This document shows positions 12,954 to 27,529 of a stretch of DNA of 64,000 nucleotides, one piece after another; the stretch's first letter is position 1; each line of letters begins with the position of its first letter. Source of the DNA: Lytechinus pictus (Eukaryota). The stretch spans positions 15,996,001-16,060,000 of the forward strand of contig NC_087247.1 in assembly GCF_037042905.1 (NCBI RefSeq), in the 5' to 3' direction. Below the pieces are notes generated by a model. The model made no database searches, was not told the origin of the DNA, and saw only the letters and a list, made by a program, of their open reading frames with translations. A program made the translations under genes and the position numbers.

Positions 12954-13030
12954 GCTTTCGAATCAGTTTCTTACAGAGCGTATTGATCTTACCTCATAGA
13001 TTGAGATTGATGATGCCTCCGTTAATCAAG
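12954..13030 (+). other. Candidate spliced exon (77 bp)
   Basis: Acceptor tctgtatttgcag, donor aag|gtaagc; one frame is open (..LMMPPLIK); no transcript evidence. Confidence 0.4.
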
Positions 13031-14254
13031 GTAAGCACAGCATATTTGCATTAAAAAAATCTAAACTCGATCTACACTCGGAACCAACAAAAGTAGGAAT
13101 TTTATATCATATATTTATTTTACGTTTGTATCAATACGTTATGAGTAATTGAATGAGAACAAATTGCTGATCGGATTACATATATCAGAACTGAAGATAG
13201 GACTAACGGATGAAATTTCCAATGAATGATTTTATTTCCATGGTATATATGATTTAAAATCGATAAAAACAATGCTTTTCTCTAATATAAGTTATCTCTA
13301 ATACATATATAATTTTTGATAGTAATTAACACACTGTAGATGATTTATTCGTTTTAGGCTTGCTGACATATTGCTACACCGCCCGGTCCAACATATATCA
13401 TTATTTCTATTTGACAGCATTTTGAAATACAGCGTTGTAAATTTATTATTCATCTGGACAAAAATAATTACAACTTTTGTTATTCAAATCGTATTATCCT
13501 TATAATCACCTGCTATTCGCAATGTTTCTAATCTCTTAAAAGCTTTAGGTTGTCAATTTCGATAGATCTGAATCCACTCCCAGCAGTGACTCAGTTTGTC
13601 ATTAAATGGAATTCATTGCTACTTTGCCGATCAGATTTTAGTGTCACTTTGCCGCCAGGTATTAGAAGATCAGAACTAATCTCTTGGTTTAAATTCCCAT
13701 GTCGAAGTCCTTTTTTACTTGCATTAACAAATGTGGAGAAGCGGCAATGCATTAGTATAGATTTAGTCAGATTATAGAAAGCATGAAATATTCAGGTTGA
13801 AAGGAATTACGCATCGTAATAGAGCGTTCTTGAGAGCTTTCATTATTTTCTTCAGCCTTTGCTTAGTTTGTTCTTTCCCTATATGAAACCTCAAAATGGT
13901 CCATTTGCTGTGACAGTATGATTTATTTATAAGTGACGTTAAGGTTAATTTTGCCGAAGCACTTATACAAAATTGTTATGATTCAATAGACGTACCCACA
14001 AAATTCCCGGGGGTGGAGGCAGAGTGTGCGCATTAATTCTCTTATCATTTCATGCAAAATCAAGGTACGGTACTGTCGCATCAGTACCGTACAGACTCTT
14101 TACCAGACTACATACTAGACTCCGAACTAATATACCCAATGTTAGCTGTTAAAATAATTATCACGTATCGAGTGAGGATTCATGGAGCAATTCGTATATT
14201 ACTCCCCCCCCCCCACAATTAATCATCAGCCAAACAAATGCCATCATCAGTAGC

Positions 14255-14485
14255 CAGTGGCGTAATGAGCGCCAACAAATTCGAGCGGGCCAGATGGCGT
14301 ATCAGGTAAAATTTATGTTTTTTTAATTTGCAAACGAGCGAAGCAAGCGAGCAAAAGTTTCAACATTTTTATTACGAAAATCCAGTATTGTGATCGCTTT
14401 CTTACATAATATGCAGAAAATAATATCTTGTTTCACCCTTCTCTCTTAATTATTCCCTCCTTTTTTTATTCTTGGTCGTTAAATA
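14255..14485. mobile_element. Truncated hAT-type MITE, family A
   Basis: cagtggcgtaatgagc start, homologous to the 11128 copy; right TIR missing, abuts the satellite. Confidence 0.75.
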
Positions 14486-14549
14486 TTCGTATCGTAAGTG
14501 ATAATATACTCACTAGTTCTAGTTCTTTCACACCTAATTTAGATATGCG

Positions 14550-15765
14550 AATATAATTTAGTCATTGATTTCATATCATAAAACCTACAGTAGAATATAA
14601 TTTAGTCATTGATTTCATATCATAATATCTACAGTAGAATATAATTTAGTCAGTGATTTCATATCATAATATCTACAGTAGAATATAATTTAGTCATTGA
14701 TTTCATATCATAATATCTACAGTAGAATATAATTTAGTCAGTGATTTCATTTCATAATATCTACAGTCGAATATAATTTAGTCATTGATTTCATATCATA
14801 ATATCTACAGTAGAATATAATTTAGTCAGTGATTTCATATCATAATATCTACAGTAGAATATAATTTTGTCATTGATTTCATTTCATAATATCTACAGTA
14901 GAATATAATTTAGTCATTGATTTCATATCATAATATCTACAGTAGAATATAATTTAGTCATTGATTTCATATCATAATATCTACAGTAGAATATAATTTA
15001 GTCAGTGATTTCATTTCATAATATCTACAGTCGAATATAATTTAGTCATTGATTTCATATCATAATATCTACAGTAGAATATAATTTAGTCAGTGATTTC
15101 ATATCATAATATCTACAGTAGAATATAATTTTGTCATTGATTTCATTTCATAATATCTACAGTAGAATATAATTTAGTCATTGATTTCATATCATAATAT
15201 CTACAGTAGAATATAATTTAGTCATTGATTTCATATCATAATATCTACAGTAGAATATAATTGAGTAATTGATTTCATATCATAATATCTACAGTAGAAA
15301 ATAATTTAGTCATTAATTTCATATCATAATATCTACAGTAGAATATAATTTAGTCATTGATTTAATATCATAATATCTTGTTTCACCCTTCTCTCTTAAT
15401 TTTTTTCCTCCTTTTTTATTCTTGGTCGTTAAATATTCGTATCGTGAGTGATAATATACTCACTAGTTCTAGTTCTTTCACATCTAATTTAGATATGCGA
15501 ATATAATTTAGTCAGTGATTTCATTTCATAATATCAACAGTAGAATATAATTTAGTCATTGATTTCATATCATAATATCTACAGTAGAATATAAATTAGT
15601 CAGTGATTTCATATCATAATATCTACAGTAGAATATAATTTAGTCATTGATTTTCATTTCATAATATCTACAGTAGAATATAATTTAGTCATTGATTTCA
15701 TATCACAATATCTACAGTAAAATATAATTTAGTCATTGATTTCATATCATAATATCTAAAGTAGT
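14550..15765 (+). repeat. 44-bp minisatellite array
   Basis: Unit aatataatttagtcattgatttcatatcataatatctacagtag; interrupted at 15371-15500 by a duplicate of 14421-14550. Confidence 0.95.
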
Positions 15766-16019
15766 CAATTGATCCTCATCTCACCTATACATAACTCCTC
15801 AAAAAAGGTTTGGAAATCTGAGTTTGGCCATTCATTTTTCCCAACTCCCAATTTTACACAACGCATCTTTGATATTATTCAAAAGATCATTCAATTTTCT
15901 TTAAAATGATACTTTACATGATATGATTATGGTTCACATCGAAGAGAGATATGTAAATAACAATGAGACATCACATATTATGTGAAATAATTATTATTTA
16001 CATATGTTGATATGATTTT

Positions 16020-18900
16020 GTCAATCATTCCACATCTAAGTTAGATACGTGAATGTGAATTATTCAGTAAGTGCATATCATATGATATCGAAAATAGTCA
16101 GTTATTCAACATCTCAGTTACATAATAACGTGAATATGAATTATTCTGTAAGTGCATTATTACAATATCTGAAATAGTAAGTTATCCACATCTAAGTTAG
16201 ATACGTGAATATATGAATTATTCAGTAAGTGCATTATTACAATATCTGAAATAGTAAGTTATCCACATCTAAGTTAGATACTTGAATATGAATTATTCAG
16301 TAAGTGCACATTATGATATCTGAAATAGTCAGTTATTCCACATTTAAGTTAGATACGTGAATATGAATTATTCAGTAAAAGCATATCATATTGTATCTAG
16401 AGCAGTAAGTTATTCCACATCTAAGTTAGATACGTGAATATGAATTATTCAGTAAGTGCATATTATGATATCGAAAATAGTCAGTAAGTCCACATCTAAG
16501 TTAGATACGTGAATATGAATTATTTGAGTAAGTGCATATCATTATAATAACTAAAAGAGTCAGTTATTCCACATCTAAGTTAGATACGTGAATGTGAATT
16601 ATTCAGTAAGTGCATATCATATGATATCGAAAATAGTCAGTTATTCAACATCTCAGTTACATAATAACGTGAATATGAATTATTCTGTAAGTGCATTATT
16701 ACAATATCTGAAATAGTAAGTTATCCACATCTAAGTTAGATACGTGAATATATGAATTATTCAGTAAGTGCATTATTACAATATCTGAAATAGTAAGTTA
16801 TCCACATCTAAGTTAGATACTTGAATATGAATTATTCAGTAAGTGCACATTATGATATCTGAAATAGTCAGTTATTCCACATTTAAGTTAGATACGTGAA
16901 TATGAATTATTCAGTAAAAGCATATCATATTGTATCTAGAGCAGTAAGTTATTCCACATCTAAGTTAGATACGTGAATATGAATTATTCAGTAAGTGCAT
17001 ATTATGATATCGAAAATAGTCAGTAAGTCCACATCTAAGTTAGATACGTGAATATGAATTATTTGAGTAAGTGCATATCATTATAATAACTAAAAGAGTC
17101 AGTTATTCCACATCTAAGTAAGATACGTGAATATGAATTATTGAGTAAGTGCATATCATATAATAACTAAAAGAGTCAGTTATTCCACATGTAAGTTAGA
17201 TACGTGAATATTAATTATTCAGTAAGTGCATATCATATAGTATCTAAAAGAGTCAGTTATTCCCCATCTAAGTTAGATACGTAAATATGAATCGAAAATA
17301 GTCAGTTATTCCACATCTAAGTTAGATACGTAAATATGAATTATTCAGTATGTGCATACCATATAGTAACTAAAAGAGTCAGTTATTCCCCATCTAATTT
17401 AGATACGTGAATATGAATTATTCAGTAAGTGTATATTATAATATCGAAAATAGTCAGTTAGTCCACATCTAAGTTAGATACATAAATATGAATCGAAAAT
17501 AGTCAGTTATTCCACATCTAAGTTAGATACGTGAATATAAATTATTCAGTAAGTGCATATCATATAGTATCTAAAAGAGTCAGTTATTCCCCATCTAAGT
17601 TGGTTACGTGAATATGAATTATTCAGTAAGTGCATATTATAATATCGAAAATAGTCAGTTAGTCCACATCTAAGTTAGATATGTAAATATGAATCGAAAA
17701 TAGTCAGTTATTCCACATCTAAGTTAGATACGTGAATATAAATTATTCAGTAAAAGCATATCATATAGTAACTAAAAGAGTCAGTTATTCCACATCTAAC
17801 TTAGATACATGAATATGAATTGTTCAGTAAAAGCATATCATATAGTATCTAAAATAGTCAGTTAGTCCACATCTAAGTTAGATACGTAAATATGAATCGA
17901 AAATAGTCAGTTATTCCACATCTAAGTTAGATACGTAAATATGAATTATTCAGTAAGTGCATATTATAATATCGAAAATAGTCAGTTAGTCCACATCTAA
18001 GTTAGATACGTAAATATGAATCGAAAATAGTCAGTTATTCCACATCTAAGTTAGATACGTGAATATGAATTATTCAGTAAAAGCATATTATATAGTAACT
18101 AAAAGAGTCAGTTATTCCACATCTAACTTATATACATGAATATGAATTGTTCAGTAAAAGCATATCATATAGTGTCTAAAATAGTCAATTAGTCCACATC
18201 TAAGTTAGATACGTAAATATGAATCGAAAATAGTCAGTTATTCCACATCTAAATTAGATACGTAAATATGAATTATTCAGTAAGTGCATATTATAATATC
18301 TACAATAGTCAATTATTCCACATCTAAGTTAGATACGTGAATATAAATCGAAAATGGTCAGTTATTCTACATCTAAGTTAGATACGTGAATATGAATTAT
18401 TCAGTAAGTGCATATTATAATCTACTACAGTCATTGTTTCCTCATCTAAGTTAGATACGTGAATATGAATTATTCAGTAAGTGCATATTATAATATCGAA
18501 AATAGTCAGTTAGTCCACATCTAAGTTAGATACGTGAATATGAATTATTGAGTAAGTGCATATCAGAGTCAGTTATTCCACATTTAAGTTAGAAACATGA
18601 ATATGAATTGTTCAGTTAAAGCATATATAGTATCTAAAATAGTCAGTAAGTCCACATCTAAGTTAGATTTAAATATGAATCGAAAATAGTCAGTTATTCC
18701 ACATCTAAGTTAGATACGTGAAAATAAATTCTGCAGTTAAGTGCATATCATAATATCTGAAATAGTCTGTTATTCCACATTTACGACGTAAATTAGTCAC
18801 TAATTGCACAATTTACTTGAAAATCATGAATATCAAATTTGTCAGTACTTCTACATCTACTTTAGATACGTGAATTCCATTTAATCAACCATTTCACATC
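16020..18900 (+). repeat. ~77-bp minisatellite with ~49-bp deletion monomers and a 539-bp higher-order repeat
   Basis: Unit ttattccacatctaagttagatacgtgaatatgaattattcagtaagtgcatatcatatgatatcgaaaatagtcag; diagnostic variant gaatgtgaat recurs at 16051 and 16590. Confidence 0.95.
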
Positions 18901-20063
18901 TTTTTTTGTAAATTTATTTCATTTGGAATTGTGAATGTCATTTAGTCAGTACTTTTACATCTAATTTAGATTTATGATTGTAAGTTATTCAGATTTTACA
19001 TCTTATTTTAAATATATACCAAAGGAAATAATATTGAATTTGGGTAACGTTATTCCATAGCTCAGCTTTTTTTCAAATATAGAATAAAGTAATTGAATCA
19101 TATACTTTGATTGAGTTTATATTGTTTGTATAAGTTTGCGGAATTAATGCGCTATGTCATTCAGTTATTAGGCACGTGCAAGGGTAAAGAAGAATTTTTG
19201 CTAATTCCGATTGAGGCGAGTAGTCTATGATCAAAACATCACCTCAATAATCAAATTTAGAAAAAAATCACACACAACTACATTATAGATACACATATCA
19301 AATGTCTTGAGTGTAATATGAATATGCTCGAAATAGGCACTGGAATCGAAAAAAAAAATGCATTCACTTGCCAATTGGAAAATCAGAAGAGCTATTTGTT
19401 TTCGACTAGATTGATTTTAGATTGGTTGATGAATGTCCAATGCGAGTGGATTGGCATGCAAATCAATGAATTGGACGAAAAGAAATGAGAGAAGACCAAC
19501 TGACCACCATGTGGTCAGAGGTGATCTGTACTCTTGGTGTCCGATAGTCACAACTGACTCCAAACAGAACAATGTAAATATAATAGTAGAATTGATCGAT
19601 ATGGACTCTGCTTGGTTGGTATAACTGTAGTAGGAAACTCGTTCAAACTAATATCTATTCTGTTGCTTGCAATTGGATGATAGTTAGACGAAGAGAAACA
19701 CATAGTGAAGAATAGAAAGGATGACATGCACAAAGGAGAAATGGTGGAATAGAGTTTGAGAAGGATAAAAGAACAAAATGAAGAATAGAAAGGATGACAT
19801 GCACAATGGACAGAATGGTGAAATAGAGGCTGAGACGGAATCAGAACATGATCGTATGCAAGAAAGGGTCTCGGAAATTCCTACTCTTCAGAAAAGAGTC
19901 AAGGAGGAAGCTTCTGAAGATGTTATGGCGCCATTGGTCGTTTTTCATTATAGTTCATTGTACTGAGTTTTTATCTCTCATCCTTGTAAGCGTCACATCA
20001 AGAGGTTTGTCAGTGGATTTGAACTATCAACTGTTACAAGCTACTGAACTCAGGCCATCTTAA

Positions 20064-21085
20064 GGCCACCCCACACCGTACGGCTGGTCCACGATTTTTT
20101 TTCGCGTTTTGCTCATTTTCTGAAAATGTTAAAGAAAGATACATTTTCATTTGTGGTTCAAATTAAATGACTGAATAATAATATAACAATTTAGAGAGAC
20201 TGTCCGCCTTTATTTTGGAGTTAAGGCCAAATCAAATGATGGGCTATTTATGATGGATGTATTTATCTATTTGTGATAAATGATGGATGTATTTATTTAC
20301 TGTAATTGTAATGTTGTTACTTCGTATCTTTCCACTTTCCCTCTCACCCCTTCTCTCTCTCTCTCTCTCTCTCATTAGCTCCTTTGAAAATTGGAGAACA
20401 TTAACACAATGTGTTTTACTTAATTTGTTGTCATACATGCATGCATTTTTTTTTTTGGGGGGGGGTTAAAAATCGTTGCCACTAATTTCTTTATCTTTCT
20501 GGCCCAACACTCTCTGTGTACTTTCTATCTATATCTACTTTTTAATTTTCACTTTCCTTCACTTACCTTTTCTCTGTCTGTTTCCCTCCCTATGTCTATC
20601 TCTATCCTTCTCTAATTCATCTGTTCTAATACTTTCCATTTATACATGTACAATGTGCCTTAATGTAGTAGTCATAACCTGCGTGCTTTATATTCATAAT
20701 ATTCAATACTGACAATGTGTATGATTTTTATTTTCAATATTTATTTCCTTATCATTCCGTTATTGTGAATTGTACGCATGTTTTAATTCAGCCTTTGGCT
20801 GCAAAACACTTTTTTTTTTAATGAACCATTTTTTAAATATTTAATTCAATTGAATTATTTTCAAATCGTAGCCAGTCGTACCACTGATGTGACATCATTA
20901 CGACTAGATATTAAATTCGCTTTTATTCTTATAAGGACAGTGTAGTCACAGATTTGAATATAGATATTGGTACGATGATTTTTAACATTACAAAGTAATT
21001 ATTCCCTGTCAGAATATTACCATAAAATTCTACACGTTTTATTCTAAAATCGAGTCGGAGACCAATCGTAAGGCGTGCGATGTCC
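20064..21085. mobile_element. Decayed Harbinger-like MITE with an internal insertion
   Basis: ggccaccccacaccgtacg / cgtaaggcgtgcgatgtcc imperfect TIRs; TAA to the left. Confidence 0.5.
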
Positions 21086-23379
21086 TTTATTGACTAAGAA
21101 CATATTGTTGGTGAAAATAGCCGACTACGATGTTTTAAAGTAATGGCCCATGTATGCCATGAGTGGTTTAGTCTGAAGTGACATTTCAACATCAATCCTT
21201 GAAATAACATCATCAAAACATCATTTGTCTTCGTCGGATTAGCAAATTTTCCCTCCAAATGTTTGACCTTGTTATCTAGGCATACTAGGTGTGTTGTCTC
21301 ATGTTATATTTTCTTGTTTTTGTATGACGCGTGGGATTTGATTCGAAGAGCTCTTTTCTCCTGTCCCCTCCCGTCATCTTTGATAGAATTAAATCGATGT
21401 TGTCAATTGTTGTTTCTTTCTCATTCAAACGCCTGAGAGTAATTTGAAGCTATAACCGAAAATTTGAATTTTCCCCTCCAGTGGTCATATCTTATTCCAT
21501 TGATTTGGGCCAAGCTTACCTGAAAGACGTCAAATAGTGATTACGGTAAACTTATCTCCCTAAAGCATTCTCTCTCATTCTCCCCTCCCCCTCACCCTTT
21601 CTACTTGCTGGTCTCTCTTAATGTTTTGTCCTCTTCCACATATATAATATATAACCATTATCCTTCTCTCTTTCCTTTTTTCCCCTTTCACTGTATCAAA
21701 CAATATACCTCTTTCAAATAAGTGTGGATATCCCGCTCATTCCTCTCGGATTCCTTTCTCCTTATTTTCTGTGAACCTATATTCCTTCCACTCTATACTT
21801 TGGTTCATCTCTTTGATCCTGTTTGTCTATTTCTGACCCCCCCCCCCCCGTGGCGGATCTAACCAGGCTGGGTACGATGCCATTTCAAAGGGCAGAAGGG
21901 CAGTATTGCACATAACAGTGGTGCACCCCTCAAAACTGTTGTGTCTATAATCAATTGGAACCCCCCCCCCTTCTCTCTGTCCGTCTTATTTTTTTTCCAG
22001 TGTTTAAACTTATTAACTCTCCGAACATCTTTCCCTCTCTCGTTCCCATTACCCTAATTACCCCTCTCTTTCGTTTTCCTCCCAATTATAACCCATCCCA
22101 TTTGCCCACATCTATCTTTCCCAACGAGGATTATCTCAAAATAAATCATTTATCTTCTAAATTAGATGTCACGCAATATCAGTTCCAATTCCTCGAGGCA
22201 TACACTTAATAACACTAAGAATTGATAATCAAATCTGAAATACAGCATGGAAAAATACCCGTTGACATCACTAGCAATCAGGAATGATTAGAAGAAATTA
22301 GAAAACTTGAAGTGAATCAGTATGCCTGTTAGTTGATTATTAAAGGTTGACAAAGTAGATCAAAGACAGCTATTTGTGTCTAGAATGATCTCTTCATTTA
22401 AGATCAAAGGGTATCTGGATTTTCTTGGGCATGAACAAATTTCTTGTTTGGGTGCAAGTGGATACTTTATAGTGGAGCTGACAAGAAAACCGTTGTAGGT
22501 TTCTTTGCTAAGATAATTTTATTCGTTTATTTACATATCATTTTATTGAGTATAGAAATTTGATTAGAATAGCATAATGAGTTGGGAGAATTTGTAAACA
22601 AATTCAATTGTGCTAGAAGCATTGTTTTCTTCACTACTATTCACATAACTATTAATCACTTGTCTCGACTTGATATTGAATTAAAAAAAGTGAATCAAAT
22701 GAAAATGAAGCGACTGATTTGTCAAGTTTCTTGTTTAAAAGGAAATTTCAATCGCGAATAAATTATTTTCTTTTCAATCGCAGTCGAAAAAAAAATTGTT
22801 TAATATGATTTTTAAAGTCTTCATTAAAACTCCTATATACGGACACGCTGTCATGCAGCAATTGATTCAATCTTTCTCCTCTGAAAAACTGAAGCCTGGA
22901 AATTGATTATGACTCTATTGCTAGCAGTCATAGTCTATTTTTCCTCTACCATGCACATGAACGCCTCAAGCCCTCTGTATTTCATCAAGGACTTGGAGTC
23001 CATGAAATGAAAATTTCTCTGCCTATCATGAATGTCATTTGGAGGAGCAACACGCACCCCGATACCATTATACTGACGGGCGCCACGGGCGGTTTGTTTA
23101 TGCCAACCAACATGAAACGAAAGCTTGACAGAAATCAAGAGAAAAGGAAAGTCAGAGGAATGAATCGACGAATACCCGAAGGCTAGGAATAACAAATTTG
23201 GATTCGATCTCAAAATATTGGCGCTGATTGTGTTGCCATGCTGCTTACTCTATACGAAGGGGAGCTTCATATTTTTATGACCTGTAACAGAATTGCTATG
23301 TGATCTTTTAGTCGGATTTTAGGCTGTATTGGCTCGGCCCTACTTCACCCTTCTTTCAATCATCCAAGCTAAGTCTTAA

Positions 23380-23964
23380 AGGTCAAGTCCACCCGAGAAA
23401 AAATGTTGATATAAATCAATCGAGAAAAATCAAACAAGAATAACGCTGAAAATTTCATCAAAATCGAAGGTAAAATAAAAAAGTTTTGGCATCTTAAAGT
23501 TTCTCTTATTTTTCATAAAATGCACAACTCAGCAACATGCAAATGAGAGAGTCGATGATGTCCCTCACTCATTCTCTTTGTTTATTTGAATGATACAATA
23601 TATAAATTTTTACAGATTTAACAATAAGGACCAGCTTCATTGAACCATAAAATGTTAAAACAAATGAAACTCCCCATGTTCATGGAGGAAGAAAACTTTT
23701 TTCATCTTCCAATGAGGAACAAATAGAATATGTCATATTTCATATAATAAAAAAAACAAAAGAAATAGTGAGTGACGTCATCAGTCCCCTCATGTACATA
23801 CCGACCAGGACGTGCATTTACAACTGTTTTGTGAAATTAAGCAAAACTTTAAAATATCATAACTTTCTCATTTTACATCCGATTTTGATTGAATTTTCAG
23901 TGTTATGCTTGTTGGATTTTCTCTTTTTGTTCAAATCAAATTTTTATTTGGGTGGAATTGTCCT
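23380..23964 (+). mobile_element. Kolobok-type MITE, family K1
   Basis: TTAA TSDs; TIR aggtcaagtccaccc / gggtggaattgtcct; colinear with 61775-62357. Confidence 0.85.
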
Positions 23965-24229
23965 TTAACAATTACTAACTATTCGAACTAGCGATCGCTC
24001 TTTTAAAGGATTAAAAAATGGTACCGATTTTTCTTGCCAAATATTCGGAGGTATCGGATGTCATTTAAAGAAAGTAAAGGGGATTGTATTTTTTTATACA
24101 ACATTATGAGATAGAAACATTATTGGTTTCTTATTAAAATATGTGAAATACCCTCCTAACAGTATTGATGTTGCACATTTAAATACGAGATAAAAGTTCT
24201 GTGAAGCGCGTGGAGACGCCGTAAAAGCA

Positions 24230-24360
24230 AATTATTATTATTATGCTTACTATTATTGCAGTTGTTATTATAATCATTATCATTAGTAGAAGTAGTAGTA
24301 GTATTAGTAGTAGTAGTAGCAGTAGCAGCAGTAGCTGTAGTAGTAGTAGCAGTATAGTAG
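24230..24360. repeat. (ATT)/(AGT)/(AGC) trinucleotide microsatellite
   Basis: Direct reading. Confidence 0.85.
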
Positions 24361-26109
24361 TTTCATTATCTATCAATCGATCCATCTATCATTTTTAGGA
24401 TTAAATCATTTTGTAGTGTGAGCGTAAAAACTGCAAAATGAATGTTTGTTTTTACACCATCATGCCAGTGAGTAATGATCAATGTGCTTCTTGTTAGGTT
24501 CTTATTATATACGATAGTGCAATGAACGAAAGGTCTATATTTCCCAAATTCATCTTTATGTTACAGTCACACAGACGAAACCTATCTCTATATCGATCAA
24601 AGCGATTACGTTATATTTCCATTGAAATACCATCGGTCGGTTTGGAGATGATTTCATTGGTATGGATGTTGCATCATGCCAGTAACACTTTGAGCAACGT
24701 AGATTTTCGGTTGTCACTCCAAAGTGCAGCTGAGTCCATTAAAATGATATATACTAGAGCATGATTGTCCCAGGAAGATTTATTTGATAAAGCCGTTCTT
24801 TCAGGTTAGGGCGGTGTGTGGGGTGCATGACTCGACAACCACTATCATGGGTGCCACTTAAGACCCTTATAGCATTAATCAATGCTTGATAGGCTTCACT
24901 GGACCACCTTTCACCATCCCACCCCTCTCTCTCAAGTGGTCGGTTCATCAAAACACCATTGCACTTTCCTCAATTCCTACTAGATTTCGATGTATAGATG
25001 GTGTTTAAATAAAGTACCTCAGGGGGTTTCCTTCCTCTTATAAAATGAATTGAAATTGACAGTGGAAGGCGACAAAAGTGGCAAGCGATGTGTGATTAAT
25101 AACCTTAGTTTGGTAATGAGAGATGGCGTTTTCCGTTTATTTTGTAGCATTCTTCCTGTATTTTTCTCGACGCGATTGAAAATTAAAACTTTAAACAGCA
25201 TATGAGAAGGAAAGAAAGAAGTTAACAATGGTGATTTAAGCACAATCTAAATGTCAGCACAGTGCAATATCCAATAAAAATTCACAGTGCCAGTATCGCA
25301 TCATTCATAAAAGATTTATGAGCAAATAGAAGTATAATATTCCTAATAGAATGCATGCAATACGAATAGAGTACCGGGTCCCTATATAAACTCCTTATAG
25401 GATACAAATACAACTCTATTCAACTGACTATGCTATAACTATAATGTACCATATGAGAACATAGAATACTAAAAAAAAACTAATCTACGGAATTGAGTCT
25501 TATAAATTCTCCTTCCTCCTCATCTTCTTCGTTTTCTTCTTCCCCTTCTTTGGATTTTCCTTGCTTTTTTTGTGATGTTCACAAGGAGTGACACCAAATA
25601 ATAGATACAAAAACAATATTAATATGAAAAAAATGTTGCTACCCTTATTAGGTTGCTGTAACGTCCATCTCGAGTGTGATGATGCTTGTCTCAATAGTTG
25701 GTAGTCCATTCTATCGCTTGATGATATTTGACAAGACCTACGAATCATAATGGTGACCAAAACGACTTCATTCCAAATTGACTCCAATATTGATAAAATT
25801 GTTAAAAAGACCCCGCCAAGTCTATAGCTGGCCAGAGCCTATGATTTTATACGGGTACCATTCTAGTCCAAATTGACACGATACTAGTCAAAATGACTAA
25901 AACACTCGAACGTTATCATGAAGCCTCCTTATAACCGAAAATATATTTAATGAATGAAAAAAAAAATGAATAAGAATTTTTCCAAGAAAATATGTTTTCT
26001 TCGCGTGATCTTTGGATCATTTTAAAAATTAGTACGATTCTCTTATCCCCGTTCATATTACTAGACTCTCATAGATATCATCAAAATTTTATTAGAAATC
26101 TGGTCTTTA

Positions 26110-26240
26110 CTATGGAATGGCCCAATCTGTACCTTCTTTCAAAACATTATTGAAGACAAATCTATGTAGGGAAGCAATATAGAGTAACCATAGTGGCTGC
26201 GCTATACAAATGTATCATACCATTATTAATATATTATTGC
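26110..26240 (+). mobile_element. L2 3' end remnant
   Basis: SVPSFKTLLKTNLCREA followed by the gcgctatacaaat tail. Confidence 0.55.
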
Positions 26241-27133
26241 TGCAAAATCTAGACAGGGTGTAGCCTTAACCTACGGTATACCACGGTGATAAATATGGAC
26301 CAAGATGGGGGCATATAGTGGCCCTGTACCCCCAGCTCCGCCAGTTGTTTTATATTGAATTTATTCTATTTTTTAATATTTAACCGAATGTGAATTAAAC
26401 TGATGGTGTAAGTGTATTATATAGCACAACAAATATTTTAATATTACACACCGCATATCGTTTCAATTTCACTACATGTATACAGTACATATATTGCTTT
26501 GGCACACTGCAGTCATACAACTTATACAATTTTTAGGAAGGTATTTTCCCGGCATTCGTCGGATTGATATCTCATTGGAATATTCATAGGTACCCCCTGT
26601 AATCTCCCATAAGCAAGTTTGGAGACTGCGGTGTAATCACGACATAAAGCGTACAACTGCTAATGGGAAAACGATAAGCCTCCCATATAAAGCCTATATT
26701 AGTAGAAATACGCGGATCCAATGAGGACTAATGATTGAATACCTGATAAAATATCTATTTTTGAATGATAATGAAGAGAAAACGCAGAAGATTTATCAAC
26801 AGTCACATGAATATGTGTATTGTCAACGGATGCTCACAATATTCAATTTCACATCGAAAAAAAAAAGAGGCACATTAAAGGAAAAGAATAAATGATGGAG
26901 ATTTTCCAACAAACCTGACGAAAGTTTGAGTGGAAGACCGTCTTTAGACAAGTCCCCGTGTGTGGTATGACGTGTAATATTAGAAAGCGAGCGATTAAGG
27001 TCAAAGAAACGAATCGCAAAGACCTGGGCATATTTCACAGAGCCATTCTGCCGGCGGAGTCTCATTTCAGTCCCTGAATGGAGTAGAAAATAAAAATGAC
27101 AAAACCCAATTCACAATGCTTATCAATAAACTA

Positions 27134-27368
27134 CATTCTAAATTACAAGGATTTAAGATAAATCCACATTGACTGTACTCAGGGGTCAATCGAATCGTGG
27201 ATTTAGTTTGAATCCTGCAAAGACATTTTTAAATATCGAGGGATTTAAATTTCAAATCTTTTGAGATTTAAAAATGAATCTTTAGGATTAAAACTAAATC
27301 CAGAATTCTATTGGTCCCTATAACTACAGTCCACCTAAATTTATTTTAAATCCATGTAATTTAGAGTG
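27134..27368. mobile_element. EnSpm/CACTA-like MITE
   Basis: cattctaaattacaaggattta / taaatccatgtaatttagagtg TIRs; TA on both sides. Confidence 0.75.
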
Positions 27369-27529
27369 TATATAGGAGATAATAAATGGCCAGGTGCACC
27401 TCAGAAGAAAGTTGATTTGAATAAATAGAGAAAATCCAACAAAATACAAAATCTGAAATGGCATCAAAATCTTACGTATATAAAAAAGAGAAGTTATCAC
27501 ACTTTAAAATATCGCCTTTGTCACAAAAC

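Noticed and set aside
14550-18900. CRISPR-like array
   Set aside because: Contiguous tandem monomers with no unique spacers, no cas genes and a eukaryotic context.
19706-19966. Charged 62-aa ORF with a 73-bp-period duplication
   Set aside because: Purine-rich local duplication with no recognisable domain or splice support.
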